The notes beneath the pieces were generated by a model. The model was given only the letters and a program-made list of their open reading frames with translations, made no database searches and was not told the origin of the DNA. A program made the position numbers and the translations under genes. From an uncultured Bacteroidia bacterium (GTDB lineage: Bacteria > Bacteroidota > Bacteroidia > Bacteroidales > UBA932), in the NCBI GenBank assembly GCA_902785575.1, contig CACZZF010000013.1, positions 52,867-116,866 of the forward strand: a DNA stretch of 64,000 bases. The letters run 5' to 3'. Of this stretch, positions 60,886 through 64,000 are shown one piece after another. The first letter of the stretch is position 1; each line of letters opens with the position of its first letter.

Positions 60886-61959
60886 ATGGCTTTAGTTGTG
60901 GTGTTATCAATAGGTATTCTGCTTATTCTGGAATACTTCATTGAGTTTTTGCTGTTTAGAAGAGTCAATCAAAGCCCTTTGGAATTAGAAACCCTTGATG
61001 GAACCGGCCAGGCTTATCATCCTTCGGTAGTTTTTTTCAAGGAGCCATGGTTCGGGTATGAGTATTGGATGGCGCAGACGCCTTACCCTATTGGTGTGCC
61101 GCCTTACCGTGACAGGTGGGAGTGCCCATCCATCCATGTGTCTCATGATGGCCTGAACTGGCGTATCCCCGAAGGACTTAAAAACCCTATCGATGACCTA
61201 TCCGCATCTGAGATAGCGAACAAGGATTTTTTCTCTGACCCTCATCTTGTGTATAAAGATGGCCATCTTGAATGCTTTTACCGTTTCTCAAAGCGCTTGG
61301 CCGAAGGATTTCATACGGTACTTTTGAGAAAAACCAGTGAGGATGGTGTGAATTGGCGGGAGCGTGAGGTAATCCTGGATTTTTTTGATTCCTCCTGCAA
61401 AGCGACTGTCGGAGATATGGTTAGAAGTCCCGCTATCCTCTGGGAAGATGGTAGATATAAGATGTGGTACGTGGATAGTTTGGATCCCAAAGGTGACAAG
61501 CATGTATGTTATACTGAATCACCGGATGGTTTTCATTGGTCTGAACGCTCGGTTTGCCGGCTAAATGGAGGATCAGTCGTTCCATGGCATCTTGATCTTA
61601 ACAAAATAGACGGGGAATATATACTGACAGTCTATGATTTTCAGGACCTTACCCTTTTCAGAAGCTCAGATGGGTATTCTTTTGAATTTATTCGGAAAGT
61701 ATTGTCCCCTTCTGGAGTATATGGCTGTTTCTATAGCGATGGGCTCTATCGTTCTTCCTTAATTAAAGACAGTGAAGGTTACAAATTGTATTTCTCGGCT
61801 TTTGATGACAAGAAGACTAGAATAGGGCTTATGGAAGGTGAGTGTCTGGACAAGATGAAGGTCATAAGTGCGCGAGGCCAGTACAAATCATTGGCGGCTT
61901 TTCTCCCGGTGTACGCTAAGATTTGGAAAGTCCGTTTGTGGAAGTTAAAAGTTTCCTAG
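60886..61959 (+). CDS. Membrane-anchored hypothetical protein, beta-propeller (GH43/GH130-like) pattern suspected
   Basis: N-terminal TM helix. Recurrent blade-like motifs: HPSVVFF..YWMAQTPYP, SHDGLNWRIP, DPHLVYKDGHLECFYR, SEDGVNWRE, SPAILWEDGRYKMWYV, ESPDGFHWSE. Confidence 0.4.
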   Translation: MALVVVLSIGILLILEYFIEFLLFRRVNQSPLELETLDGTGQAYHPSVVFFKEPWFGYEYWMAQTPYPIGVPPYRDRWECPSIHVSHDGLNWRIPEGLKNPIDDLSASEIANKDFFSDPHLVYKDGHLECFYRFSKRLAEGFHTVLLRKTSEDGVNWREREVILDFFDSSCKATVGDMVRSPAILWEDGRYKMWYVDSLDPKGDKHVCYTESPDGFHWSERSVCRLNGGSVVPWHLDLNKIDGEYILTVYDFQDLTLFRSSDGYSFEFIRKVLSPSGVYGCFYSDGLYRSSLIKDSEGYKLYFSAFDDKKTRIGLMEGECLDKMKVISARGQYKSLAAFLPVYAKIWKVRLWKLKVS

Positions 61960-61965
61960 TTATTT

Positions 61966-62937
61966 ATGGATTCATATCCTCTTATCAGTGTAATCGTTCC
62001 GGTGTACAATGTGGCGCCTTATCTGGAAGAGTGCTTAGATAGCATAGCACGCCAAAGCTACTGCAATTTTGAGGTAATCCTTGTTGATGACGGTTCCACT
62101 GATAATTCTGGAGAGATTTGTGACACCTATTGTGGCAAAGACAATCGCTTTCGTGTAATCCACCAAGAGAATCAGTGGGTAAGCGGTGCGAGAAATACAG
62201 GGCTCAGGGAAGCTGCAGGCGAATGGCTTTGCTTTATAGACAGTGATGATTTTGTGGATTCAGAGTACCTGATGGCTCTGTATCAAAAAACGTCCGAGGG
62301 TTATCTTTTGGCTGTAGTCGATGTTTCTTGTCCTCCATTTGAATCTTGTTTCAATGACGGTGAGATAGATTCTGATAGTATTTTCAAAAAGCTTTTCCCC
62401 ATTAGTAATGACAGCTCTATTAAAGAGAAAGTCGTTTATTCTGTAGTATGGAACAAGTTCTATCACCGGTCATTGCTCGACGGCCTTCATTTCAAGAATT
62501 TACCGGCTGGAGAAGATAAAGAGTTTAATTGTAGGGTTTATCTTAAGGTCGATAAAGTTGGCTTAGTTAATTTGCCATTATATCACTATCGTCATAGGGA
62601 AAATAGTATTATGAGATCACTTGAGAAGGAGCAGAATGTTGATTACAGGCGTTTTAAGCTTTGCGAAGAACTCTTGGCATCTTTCAGATTCCCAGATTCC
62701 TGTAAAACCTGCCGCACTTGGCTATTGCGGACTGCTTTTTCCTATATGATTTATGCTCGCCTAAAAGCTTGGCCTTCCCAGCTTGACCGTGATTGGAAAA
62801 ATGATTGCCGGTCTGTTATTGAAAAATACTGGAAGGAATTCCTTCTAAGTAAGTTGATACCCCAAAAACAGAGGTTAGCCTTTTTCTTGTATTGGTATTT
62901 CCCTTTTTTCGGGAAGGCTTTATCTGGTATTAGCTAA
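61966..62937 (+). CDS. Glycosyltransferase family 2
   Basis: ISVIVPVYNVAPYLEECLDSIARQSY..FEVILVDDGSTDNS and FIDSDD motifs. Confidence 0.85.
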   Translation: MDSYPLISVIVPVYNVAPYLEECLDSIARQSYCNFEVILVDDGSTDNSGEICDTYCGKDNRFRVIHQENQWVSGARNTGLREAAGEWLCFIDSDDFVDSEYLMALYQKTSEGYLLAVVDVSCPPFESCFNDGEIDSDSIFKKLFPISNDSSIKEKVVYSVVWNKFYHRSLLDGLHFKNLPAGEDKEFNCRVYLKVDKVGLVNLPLYHYRHRENSIMRSLEKEQNVDYRRFKLCEELLASFRFPDSCKTCRTWLLRTAFSYMIYARLKAWPSQLDRDWKNDCRSVIEKYWKEFLLSKLIPQKQRLAFFLYWYFPFFGKALSGIS

Positions 62938-62945
62938 TATTTCGT

Positions 62946-63926
62946 ATGTCTTCCCCTCTGATATCAGTGATAGTCCCGGTTTACAAGGTTGAACCATGGC
63001 TGGAGAGATGCGTCAATAGTATTAGGAATCAAACCTATGTTAACCTAGAGATTGTTTTGGTAGACGATGGCTCTCCGGATCGGTGTGGGGATATATGTGA
63101 TAGGATTGCGCTGGAGGATGCCAGAATAAAGGTAATTCATAGAGAGAATGGAGGCTTGTCTGCTGCCAGGAATACAGGATTGGATTTCTGCCACGGAGAG
63201 TATATCGGTTTTGTGGATAGTGACGATCTTATCCATCCAGAGATGTATTCGAGGTTATTTTCGGTGATTAATGAATATGGTGTTTCCTTGGCCTTTTGCC
63301 AGCCAATCATTTGCAATGGCTCTGAAATAAGATTCAGAACAAATGGTGCCGTGGTAGAGTGTTATTCTGGTCATGAGATAATTAAAAAGTCACTGAGTGA
63401 AAATATGTGGTTTTCCGCCTGGACGAAGCTGTACCATAGGAGCTTGTTTAATGGTATTCGTTTCCCAGAAGGCAGGATAAATGAGGATTACCCTGTAACC
63501 ATGCGGCTTTTTGACAGATGCGATAAAGTCGCTGTTGATTCTAGTGGGCTTTACGCTTATTGTAAACGCAAAGGCAGCATAACTAGTTCGTCTGCGAATA
63601 TCAGATCCTTTGATCAAATTGATAGTGCTGAAGATGTTTATCTTTTTATAAAAGCGACTCATCCAGATTGTTCGGATCTGGCGGCTCGTATTCTTCTTAC
63701 ATCTTGTGTTAGAATGCTTTTAAGTTCTGATGGTATTTCCGGAGATGAGTTCGTTGCTAAACGGGACAGTACCTTTACCGTAATACGTAAATACTATCCG
63801 GATGAGAAGCATAATCCATATCTAAAGACTTCCCAACGCTTATTGCTTTCTGCTGCCAACATTGGAAAAGTTTGGTATTCTATCGCTTCTTATGTGTACA
63901 AAACCGCAAAGGCTAATTGGAGATGA
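62946..63926 (+). CDS. Glycosyltransferase family 2
   Basis: ISVIVPVYKVEPWLERCVNSIRNQTY..LEIVLVDDGSPDRCG and FVDSDD motifs. Confidence 0.85.
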   Translation: MSSPLISVIVPVYKVEPWLERCVNSIRNQTYVNLEIVLVDDGSPDRCGDICDRIALEDARIKVIHRENGGLSAARNTGLDFCHGEYIGFVDSDDLIHPEMYSRLFSVINEYGVSLAFCQPIICNGSEIRFRTNGAVVECYSGHEIIKKSLSENMWFSAWTKLYHRSLFNGIRFPEGRINEDYPVTMRLFDRCDKVAVDSSGLYAYCKRKGSITSSSANIRSFDQIDSAEDVYLFIKATHPDCSDLAARILLTSCVRMLLSSDGISGDEFVAKRDSTFTVIRKYYPDEKHNPYLKTSQRLLLSAANIGKVWYSIASYVYKTAKANWR

Positions 63927-64000
63927 GATTCGTTTTTGTTGTGGGTGGGCTGGGAAATCAGATGTTTCAATATGCTCTTCTTCTTGCTCTTAGAAATAAT
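63923..64000 (+). CDS. GT11 alpha-1,2-fucosyltransferase-like protein, N-terminal fragment (continues past window)
   Basis: MRFVFVVGGLGNQMFQYALLLALRNN contains the GT11 GGLGNQMFQYA motif. ATGA overlap with the upstream GT2 gene. Confidence 0.6.
   Translation, partial: MRFVFVVGGLGNQMFQYALLLALRNN

Noticed and set aside
1-64000. tRNA, rRNA, transposase, integrase, phage or defence-system genes
   Set aside because: I scanned all intergenic gaps longer than 50 bp and all ORFs longer than 60 aa. No cloverleaf-like sequences, rRNA signatures, DDE/tyrosine/serine recombinase motifs or known defence-gene motifs were recognised.

Overview
This is a 64-kb chromosomal segment. Its gene content, synteny (hemD-like/DUF4271/rnpA/yidD; holB/PSP1/gldH/trmB) and TAnnTTTG -7 promoter boxes point to a Bacteroidales (Bacteroidota) genome; I cannot place it more precisely. 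All protein calls rest on motif recognition by eye, with no database search. The window is densely coding and mostly housekeeping: leuS, pgk, lgt, trxA, rnpA, yidD, a SUI1-like factor, malQ, a polyprenyl synthase, a LOG-family protein, a U32 peptidase, an RluA-family synthase and two tandem YitT paralogues. Functional modules: (1) a glycosaminoglycan-type mini-locus at 1-5.6 kb (OPA-family MFS transporter, HGSNAT-like acyltransferase, Big_2 lipoprotein, heparinase II/III). (2) An OadA/PycB-like carboxyltransferase followed by a SPOR lipoprotein and an M28-like/TonB_C fusion. (3) An accessory fabH-fabF-fabZ cluster lying divergent to a membrane LytTR regulator. (4) A TolC-MFP-RND efflux operon with a PG0541-like small protein. 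(5) A 1059-aa multidomain surface lipoprotein. (6) From about 54.4 kb to the window end, a visibly lower-GC surface-polysaccharide locus: wza-wzc-wzm-wzt, three GT2 genes, a propeller-like protein and the start of a GT11 gene. The most unusual signal is not a gene cluster. At least three families of GC-rich hairpin/palindromic repeats are present. Each occurs once or more in intergenic DNA and once as a stop-free, in-frame insertion in a gene: trmB, an RlmI/K-like methyltransferase, and the SPOR lipoprotein linker. For one family the hairpin arms differ between copies but stay self-complementary. This resembles Rickettsia palindromic elements. I know of no equivalent description in Bacteroidales, but I cannot check that here. 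No rRNA, tRNA, CRISPR array, transposase, integrase or prophage genes were recognised.
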